The notes under the pieces: model-generated
What the model saw: only the letters and a program-made list of their open reading frames with translations
Databases searched by the model: none
Told to the model about the DNA's origin: nothing
Program-made: the position numbers and the translations under genes
Shown here: piece after piece, positions 35,434 through 50,579 of the stretch
Numbering within the stretch: the stretch's first letter is position 1
Layout: every line of letters begins with the position of its first letter
NCBI GenBank assembly: GCA_043228905.1
Contig: JBHGNT010000021.1
Location: 6,138,001 to 6,202,000, forward strand
Direction: 5' to 3'
DNA from: Azolla caroliniana
Lineage: Eukaryota; Plantae; Polypodiophyta
DNA: 64,000 bases

Positions 35434-38400
35434 ATGAAATCCATGAGGCAGATGAAGATGAAGAACACCATGGCATTCCTGCCATGCATGGCCATGATCA
35501 TGTGCTTCCTATGCAGCCTGGGATCAAATGCACAAACACCCAGCCCTTCGGCTCCTCCGCCGGCCACCACCACCGACTGCGTGACATCTTTGCTCACTCT
35601 ATCCGATTGCATCGAGTATGTGACCGGGAACGGGAGTGTCGGCCCGACCCCTAAGTGCTGCCAAGATCTCTCGGGGGTCATCAATGGTGAGCCAATCTGC
35701 CTCTGCCAGCTCTACAACACGACACTCGTAAATGAGTTCGGGCTCCAAATCAACTTCACCGCAGCTACCAGCCTCCCCAATTCTTGCAACCTCACCACTC
35801 CCCCTGTTAGCCAATGTGAAGGTAAAATTGACTTTCAATTTATTTTAAAACCCCCCCCCCCCCCCACACAATCTCAATTCACTATCTTCACATGCATTGC
35901 TTGTTGTGATCACCCCATTGGACCTGTTTTGTGTCTCTGGTTGGCTGACCACTTTCAAGAAAGTTTAGGTTTTAAGCTCTTAAGCTTTGTCCTCTACTCT
36001 ACTACCTCCCTCCCTCACATTTAAGGAGTTTAGGTTTTAAGCTCTAAGCTTTGTCTCTACTACTATTACCTCACATTTATGGAGTTTAGGGTTTAGCTCT
36101 AAGCTTTGTCTCTACTACTACTACTATTACTACTACTAACTCACATTTAAGGAGTTTAGGGTTTAGCTCTAAGCTCTGTCTCTACTACTACTACTACTCC
36201 CTCACATTTAAGGAGTTTAGGGTTTACCTCTAAGCTTTGCCTCTACTACTACTACTCCTCCCTCACATTTAAGGTGTGTTTGGATATAGCTCTAAGCTTT
36301 GCCTCTACCTCACATTTAAGGAGTGTTTGGGTATAGCTCTAAGCTTTGTCACTACTACTACTACTACTACTCCTCTAAGATTAAGGAGTGTTTGGGTGTA
36401 GCTCTAAGATTGAGAAGCTACTACTAGCTCACCATTAAGAACTTAGTTTAGGCACATCCACTTGGGTCTCTGTCAATGGGGTAGTCTGCCTGCAATACCC
36501 ACATTAGCATTAACTCTAGAAATCTTAGGGCTTTTACCTCCATAGCTGAGCTCTTACACATGGGAAAACATTTGGAAGATGTTGGGTCTTTCACACCCAG
36601 GAAGTAATTTCAAAATCCTTCTTTATGTGCAACACAATGAATTGAGTGTTAACACACTTTCTTTCTTCTTCAATCAGCTGTTGGTATTCATGTTCCTGGA
36701 AGCTCTGCAAGTGCCCCGACTGCAATATCCCCAGGTACAGACATACATTACATGCATGCATTCATACATTCATTTATACATACATTACATACATATATAC
36801 AGACATTCCTCCTCTCCTGTCTTTTGCAATGTAATTTTATGGCTCACCAGTGTATGTAATTTTATGCATACATTCATTCTTACATACTCACATACTTACA
36901 TTCATTTATACATACATACTGTACATACTTTCCTCCTCCCCTGCCTTTTGCCATGTAATTTTATGGCTCACCAAATGTAATTTTCTGCATACATTCATTT
37001 ATACATACTTACATGTATACACACAACAAACCATACATACATACATACATATATTCCTGCACTGTCTTTTACCATGTAATTTTATGGCTTTCCAATTTAA
37101 GAAAGAACAAGTGCCCTAAACCCTAACTACATTTTTGCCAAAAACTCGTCTTCAAGCAATGTGCTTTTTCTTGTTTTTACACCAGTATCATCTCCAACAA
37201 CATCTCCAACAACATCTCCAACATCATCTCCAACAACATCTGCTCCTGCATCACTAGCTCCATCTCCAATCCAAGCGCCGTCCCCCTCAGTCGATTGCAG
37301 TGCATCTGTTCTCTCATTGTTGGATTGTGTTGAATATGTGACCGGGAATGGAAGTGTTGCGCCGACTGCGACCTGTTGTTCGGAGCTCTCTGGTGTGCTC
37401 GACGGAGAACCTCTATGCCTTTGCCAACTCTTCAACAATACCTTCATTAGCTCCCTTGGCATTGAAATCAACTACACTACTGCCACTGGCCTCCCCACTG
37501 CTTGCAAGCTGTCTGCTCCACCAGTAAGTGAATGTGCAGGTACATCCTCTCTCTCTCTCTCTCTTTCTATATATACATTTTATATACACACTAAGTTTTG
37601 ATCCTTTTGTGCCACTCTGTCTTTTCATCTAATGGCATGCTGACTTGAATTTCTTGCAGCTATTGGTGTGCCAGTTTCCTCTCCAGTGAGTGAGGGTAAG
37701 CCACTTTTTTCTTTTTACTAACTCATGAAACCATGTACAAATCTCACTCTATGCACTCCTGTACTAGAAACCTGTGCAATTTCTCTGTCTCATAACTCAC
37801 ACACCATACATACTAGAAGAATCTGTTTTTAACTTTCAGTCGCATAGTTCAAAACTTCGATCTCTGAGTACTCATTTGGAGGAAGTGTTTTGCTTGCTTT
37901 TGGTAGTGTCATATTCAACCTCCAGATATTTGGAGGAAATGTTTTTTTGCTTCTTGTCGCGTAGACCACATCCGACATCTTGAGTATGAGAGCGGTATCT
38001 ATTCATTTCTTCTCACTTCTCTTTCTCCATAGTAGATGTAGTGAGCCCTCCCTCTCAATATCTAGGATTGGTTCTGGCATAAAGGCCAGTTGTATGTAGC
38101 ATGGGTTATGTCCTCAAAAGGCCATTTCTACCAAATTCGGACATTGCCATAGAAAGGCTGTTTCTTTTGGGCTGAAAAAATGCTACTTTTAGTATGGGTT
38201 CTTGACTTCGTTAATCCTGAACTACAAATCAAAGACTAGGATTCAATTAAATCTTCCCTACGCCATATCCCAGATTTTTTTTCTTTCCAACACCATACAT
38301 ACCACATCCTGTTTTTGTACGAGAATCTGGACCACTACACATTATCTTCCCAACTCCATATCCCAGATTTTGTTCTTTCCAACACCATACCATACCACCT

Positions 38401-38864
38401 CCTGTTTTTTGGTATGAAAGTCCGGACCACCACACATTTTTTTCTCGATCTCATGCATTTATTTCTGATTTTCGAATCTACTTTTGGTTGTTCATCTTCG
38501 AATAACACCTTGTGACTTTCTTCTTTTTCTCCTTGTAATAGCCCCAGGGCAATCACCATTGAGCGAAGGTCCATCATCCTCTTCTTCGGATTGTTTCGCA
38601 TCTCTCACATCCCTCACAGATTGTTTCTCGTATGTGACGGGCAACGGTAGCGCCCCACCGGAGCCCGCGTGCTGCACCAACCTCTCCAGTGTCATTAACA
38701 ATGAACCAATCTGCCTCTGCCAGCTCTTCAACACATCGTTGATCAATTCATTCGGCATCCCGATCAACCTCACTGCCGCTACTGCCCTTCCCACTGCTTG
38801 CGGCCTAACTGCCCCACCCGCCAGTTCATGCTCAGGTAAAACCAAAATCCAAAAACCTTAATAC

Positions 38865-38920
<56 letters not shown>

Positions 38921-39217
38921 ATATATGAACCTCACACACATTATTCTATTGTTTCTCATCATTTCCGTGTTGTTTTATGGTTTTTGTTAGTTCTTGGCTT
39001 CGATGTTGGTGCACCAGGGTCAGCCCCTGCACCAGGGTCGGCCCCTGCGATATCTTCTGGTGGTGACAGTTCACCAGTATCGAGTCCCCCCCCCAGCACA
39101 GGCACACCCTCATCTCCTGCATCTCCGAGCTTTGCACCATCTTCTTCGTGCTCAAATTCCATGGTGGCATTAGCTTCCATGGTGGTTCTGCTTTCCATTA
39201 TTATGCTCATGCTTTGA
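35434..39217 (+). CDS. GPI-anchored non-specific lipid transfer protein / xylogen-like AGP with three 8-Cys domains, ~451 aa. Exons 35434-35821, 36678-36734, 37186-37539, 37660-37695, 38542-38835, 38991-39217
   Basis: Signal peptide; three C-X9-C-X15-CC-X12-CLC-X26-C-X9-C domains; P/A/S/T-rich linkers; hydrophobic C-terminal tail. All introns are GT-AG and phase 1; the spliced frame is open (1356 nt). An alternative start ATG lies at 35470. Confidence 0.9.
35960..36420. repeat. ~55-bp minisatellite (about 7-8 units) in intron 1 of the LTP gene
   Basis: Unit CTCACATTTAAGGAGTTTAGGGTTTAGCTCTAAGCTTTGTCT(CTA)n. Confidence 0.85.
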
Positions 39218-41908
39218 GCATCCTTCCCCCCCCCCCCCCCCCCCAACAACCATCAGTTTGTGTCTTTCTTTTGTTTCCTATCTATATCTGTCACAATGTT
39301 TTTTGTGTTGTGATTCATTCGAGCACAAATAAATTCAAAAAAACAACATATTTGTCACGAGTTTGAGTGAAATTTGAGCAAACATTTGCTTCTGTTTATT
39401 TATTTTTTGGCAATTTCCAAACATCCGATGATTGTGGAGGAGGAATTCATAGGAAAACTGTGTGTTTTTTATTCAAAGAGTTGCTCTTTGAAGAGAAACT
39501 TTATAGGAAAACTTTAATATTTTTATCCAAAGAACTATTCTCTGAAGGAAAACTTAATATTTTTATTTAAAGGATTATGATCTGAATTCCCATGTTAGAG
39601 CAAATCTTGGTGTTTGCCATTGAAACCATTGCTTTCATAGAATTTAGTTCAAACTGATGATGATGAGATTTTTTGACTTTGATACAATTCTTTTTTGCCT
39701 TTCTTTTGAGATCATATTTCATTATGCTTTATAGATACAATGCTCTGCCTCATATCAAATTCTGACTATTGCCTTTCAATGAATCTTTGATCAAACCCTA
39801 ATCCTTGCACGAGTTTCTCTTCACAATTGCGACATGCATTAGTAAAGTCCTTGAATGTGCATTATGTGAAAATGCTATATTGTTTTGTCTTATGGATCAA
39901 TTTCCACACCCGAAGATGATAATTGAATCTGTCTACCCATCTCTTTCTTTGGGAGCTTGCAAAGTAAAGTTACTTGATGTTTAACACTTCTATTATTAAT
40001 AAAACAACTTGTCGAACATGGAGATAATTAGAGTGTTGGTGTGGTTAAACGCAAGAATGGTCCCAATCACATGGGATAAATATAAATGCACAACACTATT
40101 CGAGTTTAGTTTGGATTGCCCATACTTGAACATAAGCGGAGTAATGGTCCAAATTTATATCATTAAAATGGATAGTGAAAGTACATGCACAAACCCCAAA
40201 TTGACTCTTTGTAGGAAGATGACCCATCATGAGGCCCTCTTTTTACACAGATTATTGGATCCATTACTGTGTAACACTTATTCAACGGTTGTTTTAAAAT
40301 CTACAGTAAATTAGGAAAAGTAGTTGCTTATGGATGGTAGCCCATTGAAGTAGTTTGTCCTCACTTATATAAAGTCTACAAAGGTGCATATTTGATATTG
40401 GTGCTAGCTATACTCTATTTTCTTTTTAACTTGCTTTAAATATATTAGTCAAAAACTTAATGTGGTGTAATGTGACCTTGTTGCATTCAGTCTAAGTATT
40501 GAGCATTGTTCTCATTGTGCAAGCGAATGTTAATTAGGTAGTGAGCACGTGCCTTTGGTTTGTGTAGTTCTCTTTAGTTATAAAACCTTAGTTATTAATT
40601 GGATTGTTTCCCTTTCTGGGTTCCAAAAATTGAGTGTAACATCCATGTCGTCATAGCTTTCATCCTCTCTATTTGAGGTATCAAAGACATTATGTAATCT
40701 CCTATTGTTGCGGTCAGAGAACAACATTATATCATTGGCTTCATTCCTTTATTTACACCTACAATTTTGGCATAGATATGCATGTGAATCCATGGAGGAA
40801 TAGATATGCCAATTGTGCCATCCACAAGTGGATTCCAAGGAACACTATGTTTGCCATTTGTTGAGATGTCAAGCTCAAGCCCTTAAATGAAGAGTTGGTG
40901 AAGTCAGGGACCATGGGGGTGATCTTTGTGGTTTACAAACTAGTGGTCAATGTGCAATGTCAATCAGCTAACCTTTTGACAAAAGCCAAAATTAGGCAAA
41001 CCACAAATTATTGGCTTCATTTGTATCAAGCCACTGTGTTACCCATGAAATTTCTCCCTCATGCTTGACATGAGGGAAGCTCCTCATAAAAGTGCTCCAC
41101 TAGAAGGTGCGGAATCCACAAAAGTTTCTCACTCTTGAAGCTTGAAGTGAGTTACAAATTGAGTCACCACTCAAATGATTTATCTATTCACCCCTAATTA
41201 CTTCCATCACAGTGACTTAATGTGAAAGAAGCTCCTCGTAAAGGCCCTCTGCTAGAGGATGCTCATCCTCTCATGGAACTCACAAAGTTACTCAATCATG
41301 TAGGCCAAAATGATCTACGTTTTGAACCACTACTAAAGAAAACCAAATTTATTAGTAACCCCTCAATATTCCCTCCATGGAACTCACAAAGTTACTCAAT
41401 CATGTAGGCTCTCCACTAGGGGACACTCATTCTCTTGTGCAACCCACAAGTTTCTCTCTTGTGAAGATCGGAGTTTTGAGGACCAGGCACACATTCAAAA
41501 TATTGATCGAAAAAGTATATATTAATGTTTGAACCTCATACTTCTAAGTTATATCCTTATACATACCACTAGAATAGTCTCGATATATAATATTTTGAGT
41601 TTATCTGTATGGAATAATTACTCACCAAGGCAAGGTGCCATATGACAACCATGCTCATGATCGACACTTGTATATAAAGAGGGCTTACCTCACCATTTTT
41701 AATATAGATGCATAGATTCTTGGATACTTAATGACGCCCTTACTCACTCTCCCATTATCGTAATATTTTTTCAAACGACTATGTATACATATGTTTACTT
41801 GTAAATAGTGTGTAAACCTTCCCCCAAAGTTATATAATTAATAGGTTTATCAAAATTGTATAGTTATCCTTGGGTTTGGTAATATACTTTGACTTTGTTA
41901 ATCTCATG

Positions 41909-41996
<88 letters not shown>

Positions 41997-42554
41997 ACTT
42001 ATTTCTATTGCAAATTTAATCGAACCTCAAAAGAACTACTTGCCTTATGATTCACAATGAGAAGATATAGTTGGATGCGTCCAACCAATTCCATTTTGGT
42101 GTCCGACAATATGTTATGTTTTATGTGAATATAAATAGTATGCAATTTCTTATTCTTGGCCTCCTTCCTCCACTTTGTTGTGAGTGCATCTTGGCATATT
42201 GTTAGGATATCGAAACATGATCAATAACACATGAGAATATTTTTGGATAGATGAGAAAGAGAGAGACAAAGAGAATATTTTGGTAATTGCAACGTCGACA
42301 AAATCAATCATGAGTATCCATGTAGATGCCACATGAACTCCTCCTTGACATAAGGAGATGGAGGATGGGGCCATAGGGTTATGGCTACCCTTTGGTAGGC
42401 ATACTATGTCGAGGTTAAGTTCCACCCATAGCTTGTCATGGAACTAATTGTAAAGGTTAAAATCCCAATCAATCATGATTCTTGAGATTGTTAGCTCCAA
42501 TTAACCTTTCGTAAGGTTATTATTAAGGAATCAAAATTACAACTATGTGAGATA

Positions 42555-42826
42555 TGACAGGAATTATGCGGAATAATCTTCGGCCACAACCGAAACTTAG
42601 ATCACTTAATGGTAATCAAACACAGAAAGATGAGAAATGGAAGTAAGTACACAAACAGAAGAGAATGCATATGATGTTAACGTGGAAAAACCCTGAGAGG
42701 GAAAAACCATGGGAGCCCACAGACTCCAACTATCACTATATCAGAGAGGAATACAACAAGTAAACACAGAGGCAGCGACCTCGTGCTCACGATCTTTGCC
42801 TGGTGGCGGTTACAATAAAGACTCAC

Positions 42827-42895
<69 letters not shown>

Positions 42896-43132
42896 CTGCT
42901 ATGCTCTGTACAACAGTTACACCAATAACTCTATACAAAATAATGACCACGACACTCTGTTTGCCCTAGGTCATATTGATACTAGTATGACTTTCGGGCT
43001 ATTTACAAATGTAGCCACAATGGGTTAACAGAGACATATTTACATATATGTCCCTTCATCCGGTGAGAGGTTCTCACCGGGTCTTCCTTGCCGGGTACTC
43101 ATATCCCATCCGGAGGGACCGAAACCCTAACA
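42555..43132 (-). mobile_element. Copia solo LTR related to the LTR at 15609-16209
   Basis: TG...CA ends; perfect 5-bp TSD AGATA; shares CGGTCCCTCCGGATGGGAT and TTTGTAAATAGCCCGAAAGTCATA...ATATGACYTAGGGCAAACAG with the 15609 LTR. Confidence 0.9.
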
Positions 43133-46100
43133 AGATATGGTATCATATTCATCATTCATCACAATGTTTTGATGACAACACCAAATATTAATGTGAAGTA
43201 AAGAACAGATATTTTCATATTGTAAAGTTATGTTCAATCCTAATAACCCAATTGAATCATCTATAGTTGCACATTCACCAAGGTGATATGTTGACTAATG
43301 GGATATTAGGTGGAAATTAACGGAATCTACTTTATTTTGCTATGAATTACTTAAAAAGCTAAAACATTTGTTACGATGTGAAGTGTTGATAAAATTTATA
43401 TGTTTAAAAGTTCCTTCTCAATTTATGCTTGAATTATTCACAAAAATATAAATGGTGCACAATAAATGCATAATATGAACTATTTATCCAACTTAGTCTG
43501 TTATGTTACATACTTTGTGTGAGATAGGCTTGGGTGACATGCTCTAGTGCTCCTCATAGCAATATCTAGGCTAAAGGTCCTAATAATTAGACAAGGTCAT
43601 GTGACAATGAGCTAAAAAGTATGTAAATTCCTACCTACTAATAAGACAATTGAGTGGGTGTAGTGATTTAAACATTTGCATTCTATTGCCCATCAAGAAA
43701 GGTTTATATTGATCTATTTATTGCTTCCCACTTGTCAAGAATTGATGCCCCATACTACGCCCCATGTTTTGGTTAACTATACAAATCATTTTTTTGTAAT
43801 TTACTTTCTAAGGAAGACAACTTTAAAGAATATGTTTTTTTGTTTATGTGGACCACAATATGGACTTCAAGTTTATATGTTGACTTTATTGGAATTACGA
43901 ATAATTGCAGCTTCACCCTTGCAAGATGCATTCATCTCTCTCTACGGTATCTATTGTGCGTCAACTAACTTTTCTTTTATTGAAATTGATATGCTTCAAT
44001 GTAAGTAAAGTGTTTTATAAGTTGATACAAATGTTTTCCCTAATATCTCTCTCAAGTCAACATTATATGACCTTTGTGCCACAAAAGCACTAGTTACGAC
44101 ATTGAACGTTGGTTTGGGTGAACATAAAAAACTGGTTTTCTCTCATGAGCACATTATGGTCTTCAAAGTTCATGCCTAGATGTTCACCTCACCCATTTAT
44201 TAGATTTTGGTGAGATAACTACAACTCATCACAACTCCGGGTGTCTTTGTAGTTGTATCTTTTATGGTGAACTAAAACATAATACATTTTCCCACGTTCG
44301 CTTCTAAAGAGAAGTTCTTCATGCTCAGATGTGGAGTATGTTTTCTTATTTCCCATGTATGACTATCCAATGAGATTATCACAATACTAACTTATGGTGA
44401 ACTAAAAACACTTGTTTTACCCACATCTCCTTCTCACTCTAAAGACAAGGGCTTAAGAAGACGCATTTGTAAAATTTTCTCCCTAGTGCACATTTTGTGC
44501 TTCAAAAGTTCATGCCTAGATGCTCAATTCCCTTTTTTATTGCAAATTTCGAGGAGATAATTGGAAATCTAAGTAAAACATCATTAGTTACCTTGAAAGT
44601 GTTCACCTTGGCAAGAAAAGCCTTACTTTTGTGTCTTATCGACATTTGATAAGATAATTGTGACAATATATTTGGTGAACAGAAAAAGAAACATATAGTG
44701 TTTCCTTCCCAAAGGAAGCACTTACAAAAGAAGTCTTTTGTCTCTACATGACATGCCCTAGTTCACCTATTTTTGTTGGTTCTTATTGAGATTCCACAAG
44801 ACATAATTGACAACACCCGAAGGAAGTAAAGTCCTTACATAATATCATGGGGATTAGGTCTCCTTGTGAAGTATGTTAGGCGCCTATAACGGAATGTGCA
44901 AATGACGTTTGTTTTCAATGTTGGTGTGTCCCTAGGGAAGGTGTCCTAAGAAACATTCTGTTTGCTTGGGGTAAAACCAATTTGTACAAAAATAAAATGA
45001 AGTGTGTGAGTTCAAAATCCAATTTTAGTCAATTATGTATATAAATACATACATATATATAGATAGTTCGATAGATAGATAAATAAATATTTTTAGTGTC
45101 CATAGTGAGGTCAATATTGAGCCATAGTGAATTATGTGTATAAATACATATATCCGTAAGTATGTACATACATACATGTATGCATATAGATAGTTCGATA
45201 CATAAATATATTTTTTTAGTGTCCATGACTCCATAGTGAAGTCAATATTGACCCATAGGAACTAAGTGCAAAAGTTATCTTGATTTATTTCTCCTTCCTA
45301 AGAAGGGATACTCATACTTTGATGCACCAAGTCTCAAATGTGTGAATACGGCATACACAACCTTCTAGGTGTTCTCTTTAGTGTGTCACTCAAATCGTCG
45401 CCCCTTCTTAATATATCATCATAGCTTTCACGAATTGCACTGTATGCAGAGCATGGAAGAAGCAAGTGATACTCATCCTCCACTAGTCCTTCCTTTTAGG
45501 TCTCTACGAGAGCTAATACTCATGTTAATAATGAGGTAAGATTGAAAATAATTAAAAGGCCTTCTTGCCTTATATAGAACCCAACATTCAAGATTGATGT
45601 TTGCAATGCAATATTCTAGTAATGAGGTAAGGTTGAATATGATCAATAGGCCTTCTTTCCTTATATAGAACCCAACATTCAGGATTAATGTTTGCAATGT
45701 AATATTCTAATTTTTTTCTTTGTAGGATCTTTCCACTCATTCATTCATGAGAGAGAGAGAGAGAGATGTGTTCACACACACCACACAGGACAAAAAATGC
45801 CATCTCATGTCTCATCATGTCATCCTCCTCGTTCCTTTTTCCTTTCTCATTATATTTCCTTGTATGATATCATTTTAACCTCAACTAAAAAACCAAGAGT
45901 ACTACTAGCACCAAGTGTGTGTTGGCGTTGTCATACCTTCACTACACACAAACAAAAGCTTTACTTGCACTTGCACTTCGTTTATAAGCTTGTTAGAATA
46001 GGTAAAACAATCCAAAACAAAAGACTATGTATGTATGACTAAAGTTTCGAACATTGCTCATTTAATGTCTTGGTTGGAATCCAAGGCATTGCATTTTCTT

Positions 46101-47512
46101 GTCACTCTACCCAAGGGAAGATAAGGTAAGGAATGAGACTTTACACAAAGCCCAACATACATATACACATGTATGTGTCCATGCCTTCCATTGCTTTCTT
46201 GTTTTTTTCTTCTTGTAGCTTCACAACTATAAGTTACTTCGAAGTTCAAAGCTCAAAGTTCAAGGTTCAATGTTCAACACACAATCTAGTACAGTCTGGT
46301 TGGGATTCATTAATTGTAGCTGGATTTTTGGTGACCAAAATTTAACTATGATAATCCTTCCCCCCTCCCCCTCAACCCCCCCAAAAAAATAAAAATAAGA
46401 TAAAATGATTCGTAAGTCTGTCACGTCACAATTGTTGCATGTACACAAAGTCTTTCGTGCAATTATGGACCCAAGATTCCGCACATGCTTATACATAGAT
46501 ATATATATCATTTTTTTTGCAACTCACAAACTTTGTGCATCTTTCTTATAACTTTTAAATGTGATATATGCAAAGATGATTCATGTCTCGCTCTACAAGG
46601 GAAATCAAGTCCACACATCTATAAACATTTGGTATGTTATTCACCAATATCCCAAATCATTTCTAACCATGATCACCATTACAATTACATTCGATTCTCA
46701 TCCTGATACTTTCATAACTTTCATGTGTGTATATATATGATGGTATTACATGTAAATATGCACACTTGGATACCATTTCCCAATTGGAGACCCATGGATC
46801 ACATAAGGCATCACCTGATCGAAAGCCAACTTTGGAAGTACCCTTCCCTCTCAATGACCGATCATCCATCCATTGCATTCTTTGTGATGCAAAAACAGCA
46901 TAGGCAAACACCATACAATTGTACTGTGATTACAAGTGGAAGCATGTACACATTGTTATTATACAATAATCTCCCCTGTTTTTTTCATTCACAACTTCAG
47001 TCCATATATATCATTGATGGGATTATGTTGTTAAGCATGTATGTATGCATGCAAGAATGTCTGTATGCATGCATCTCTACATGTGTGGTTCAGAAGGGAA
47101 AGCTTAAAACACGGGAAAACAGTCAATCTATAAACTGACTCTTTTTATTTATTCGAAAGTTGTAATAACATTAGGAGAGCAAAAACTACAGAAGTGAAGC
47201 CAGATCTGGCTATATATAGAAGAGAATCTCTCTTAAAAATGCTGTAGAAAGTGTGGACACTAAGCAAAGAGGAGCCGAAAAACACATCTGTGAAAAAGTA
47301 CAAAGAAGTACCGATAAAAATACATGATATGACTTGTACCTAGGGGAACTTCTGCTATTGACCTTGTCATCAATCCACATAAAGACCAACTAGAGAGCCC
47401 TCGCCCTTTTTCTACATTCTAGAATGCTTCACCGAAATGCCGAGTATCTTTCTATAACATATATATATATATATATATAGATTACAACATCTTTATCAAT
47501 ATTTAACAAAAT

Positions 47513-50500
47513 CTACGCTGAATCCATTCCTTCGATTTGCTTCTTTGCGATTCGTTTTTCCCGTTGTTGCTCCTTCTATGGAAAGTAAAAAGCAATAAAT
47601 GCATGAGGCTAGTTTATAAATCGTTACTTATTTTTCTCCATTTCTCAACAAATACCCCCAAATATTTACAAATCCTCGCAACAGTATATATACCTTGCTG
47701 CAAATTTGCAAAACTCACAACAATACCATAGATAATTTCAAAATTTCCCAATAATATCCCTTGTCAGAAATTCACAAACACGCTTTGATTTTTTCTTTCT
47801 TTTTTTTGTATCATTAGGCTATATCATCATGGCAATGTCACGTTTCCACTAGCTCATGTTGCACCCAGGTTTGAATCTCACTACATGCATTTCTTTACAA
47901 GATCCCATTGTGGAACGTACAGGTTTAATCCTTGCCATGGGTTAGGCCCCATCCCATAGATCACAATCCGTCTCCCATGGACAAATTAAAAAGATAACTA
48001 TCTATCTCCACACATGTATGTATGTGTCTATACTGTCGAAATTGGAGGTAATTTGGTAATACTATGGGGGTATTTTGGAGAATTTGGAGTATACTGGTAA
48101 ATTTCCCTTACAAAGAATCACATTGAAATTTGAGAGAAAATATGCATTCACAGTTATCTTATAGTTACCCATTCATCTAAGCCTCCTCCAGGGATGATGG
48201 GGATCCTTTGGACCTTTTCCTCAGGTGGCTTTTTCCGAGCTTGCTGAGCTGCTTCGGCTTCAGCCAAACGCTTTTTTAATTTCTCAATTTCCTAAAAATA
48301 AAAATAAAAGAGACCCCAAAAAAGACATAAGCTTTTTTAATGAAAAACCTCATCTATATGAAACAATATTATTCTTCTGCCTCAAAATTCTAATATATAT
48401 ATGAGTGAAAAACATCATATTTTGTGGTTCAACTAACATATACACATTATGTCTCTGCATGAAAAACCTCATAGAGGTTCCATGTATGAAAAACACTGTA
48501 TCTTGGTTCATATATATGAACAGCATTATACTTGTGCTTCAAAATGCAAATCTATATGAGCAACAACATGTGTGTGTGTGTTGAAAAACATCACATGTCA
48601 ATGAATCACACACTCCATTGCTGTATAAAAGACTTTATATGCACCTCAATACTCACTGGTGATTCACTTTGTGGATCCAAAAACACCACTTGAAGAACCC
48701 TTTCGACAACAACAAACTCCTTTTGCTCATCAAACTGTAAAAGGAGAGAGCAAAATCAGATAAATCTGTTTGTTTCTTTTGTGTTGCATTGTTTTGATTT
48801 TGACTCCATTCCGAGAGATTGAGGTTGAAGGATAATAAGAAGCACAGCAATACCAATTCAGGCGTAAAGTCTATCCCCTGCTTCACTTTCAAGCTCACTA
48901 TCTTGAACTTGTCTTTGCATTTCTTCTCCTGGTTTAGCTCCGGAGGCTCGATGAATTTCACGACTAGTGAGAAAAAATAAACCATCTTAGCTTAATACAT
49001 ACATGGGCCATTTTCGTTTTGCTTCTTAAAACAAAGTATATACCATTTATAGGTGCCATGGAACTTATAAATGAACCCAATATCTATCTAGGAATCTTTA
49101 GTGTCAGTTACGAACTTAACATCAAAATTTGAAGGAACCCGAGTAGCCAAAATATGTGATCAAATAGATGAGAATTACCTGTCGCCAAAACAGTATCTCC
49201 AGGCAATAGGATACCACTAGGTGGCCTCATGAAACAACTCTTGGGAGCATTTGTTTGAAACTACAGACCACAAAGGAGAATATGTATAAGTTTCAACTTT
49301 ATATATTTATCAATGAGGATGATCTTACCAAAAAGCAGATTTTGTTTTCTTCATCCAATTGCTATATAATTGAATTTCTTCCATATTCACAAACAAATGT
49401 GATTCCGAATGAAGATGAATATGGAACTTAAAAGCACACCTTAAAAGCAACAGGGGATCGACTTGTATTCTTAATCTTGACGGCACTAGAGACTTGTTTA
49501 CCTGGTTCATCTGTTGAACCAAAAGCAAAATCAAACAAAAGCCATGTAAGGAGTATAGACAAAATATCTCGACCATCTATATACAAAAATATGTCATACG
49601 TCATGAGAAGAGTGAATTCACCTTCCATGGATCTCTCTCTCTATCTGTAATGTTTAATAAATTTGAAGTTCAAATCCACACATGTGAGGAATTATTATTT
49701 TTTAACAGGATTGAGTGAGGCAACTAGTTTGTGAAGTGTTCTAGACATAGAGGAGAACCATGTGATTGAGAATCCAAATGAATCATCCAATCTATTAGTT
49801 TCATACATAATAAGCATAAAAAATATTTCAGATTCAGGTTTCGACTGAACCTGAAAGAGAAAAAGCCCAATCTCATTATTGAATGGGAGGAGTCTCATTA
49901 TATAAAGGGTTTACTTCCAAATAGAACCCTATGTTTTTTATCACATACTTGGAATCTCAATGCGCCAAGGGTTAGCTTCCAAAAAAAATCAAATTTTATG
50001 ATCGACGGTTGGAAGCCATATATAAAAAAAACAAGTCTGCAGGAACCCTAATCTCATGATCGAGTGTGACAGACCCCAATGTGTGAGATTTGGTTTGTAG
50101 AACACTCCTAATAACCTCATGATTAAATGGGAAAGAAACCCAATATGTGACTGTTGATTCATAAGAACCCTAATCCCATGATCAGATACGATACTCAAAC
50201 ATGCACACATATGTACATATATATATATACATGAATCAGAAGAATGAGAGAATTGATGAACCATTGCTGGAGCTAAACTTTGAGCTTAATTGAGAGAAAA
50301 CTTACAGATGAAGAAGAGGCGCTTGTCTGGGGTGAGCCTGAGCCTTCTTCTGGTAACAAGGAGAGCTTTAGCTATGGAGGAAAAGGAAGGGGATTTCCCC
50401 CCTTGTTCGTGGCTGTCACTGGATTTGTTGCTGTGGATGTGATGAGAATGGCGACTGTTACTATTATTGCTGCCACTATTATAAGCGGCCATCATAGCTT

Positions 50501-50540
50501 GTTCTTGCTGATCGGAATGGCCTCTCTGCCACCAAGGCAT
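47513..50540 (-). CDS. VAMP-associated (VAP27/MSP-domain) protein of the VAP4/MAMI type lacking a C-terminal TM helix, ~253 aa. Exons 50540-50306, 49510-49440, 49260-49179, 48963-48854, 48734-48657, 48291-48169, 47575-47513
   Basis: RRRLRLTP...YEPGKQVSSAVKIKNTSRSPVAFKFQTNAPKSCFMRPPSG...FKIVSLKVK...FDEQKE...LAEAEAAQQARKKPPEE...DEWKE. All introns are GT-AG; the spliced frame is open (762 nt). Confidence 0.93.
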
Positions 50541-50579
50541 CTGCGTTTGTATTTCGTGGTTTTCTGTCACTCTGGTTCA

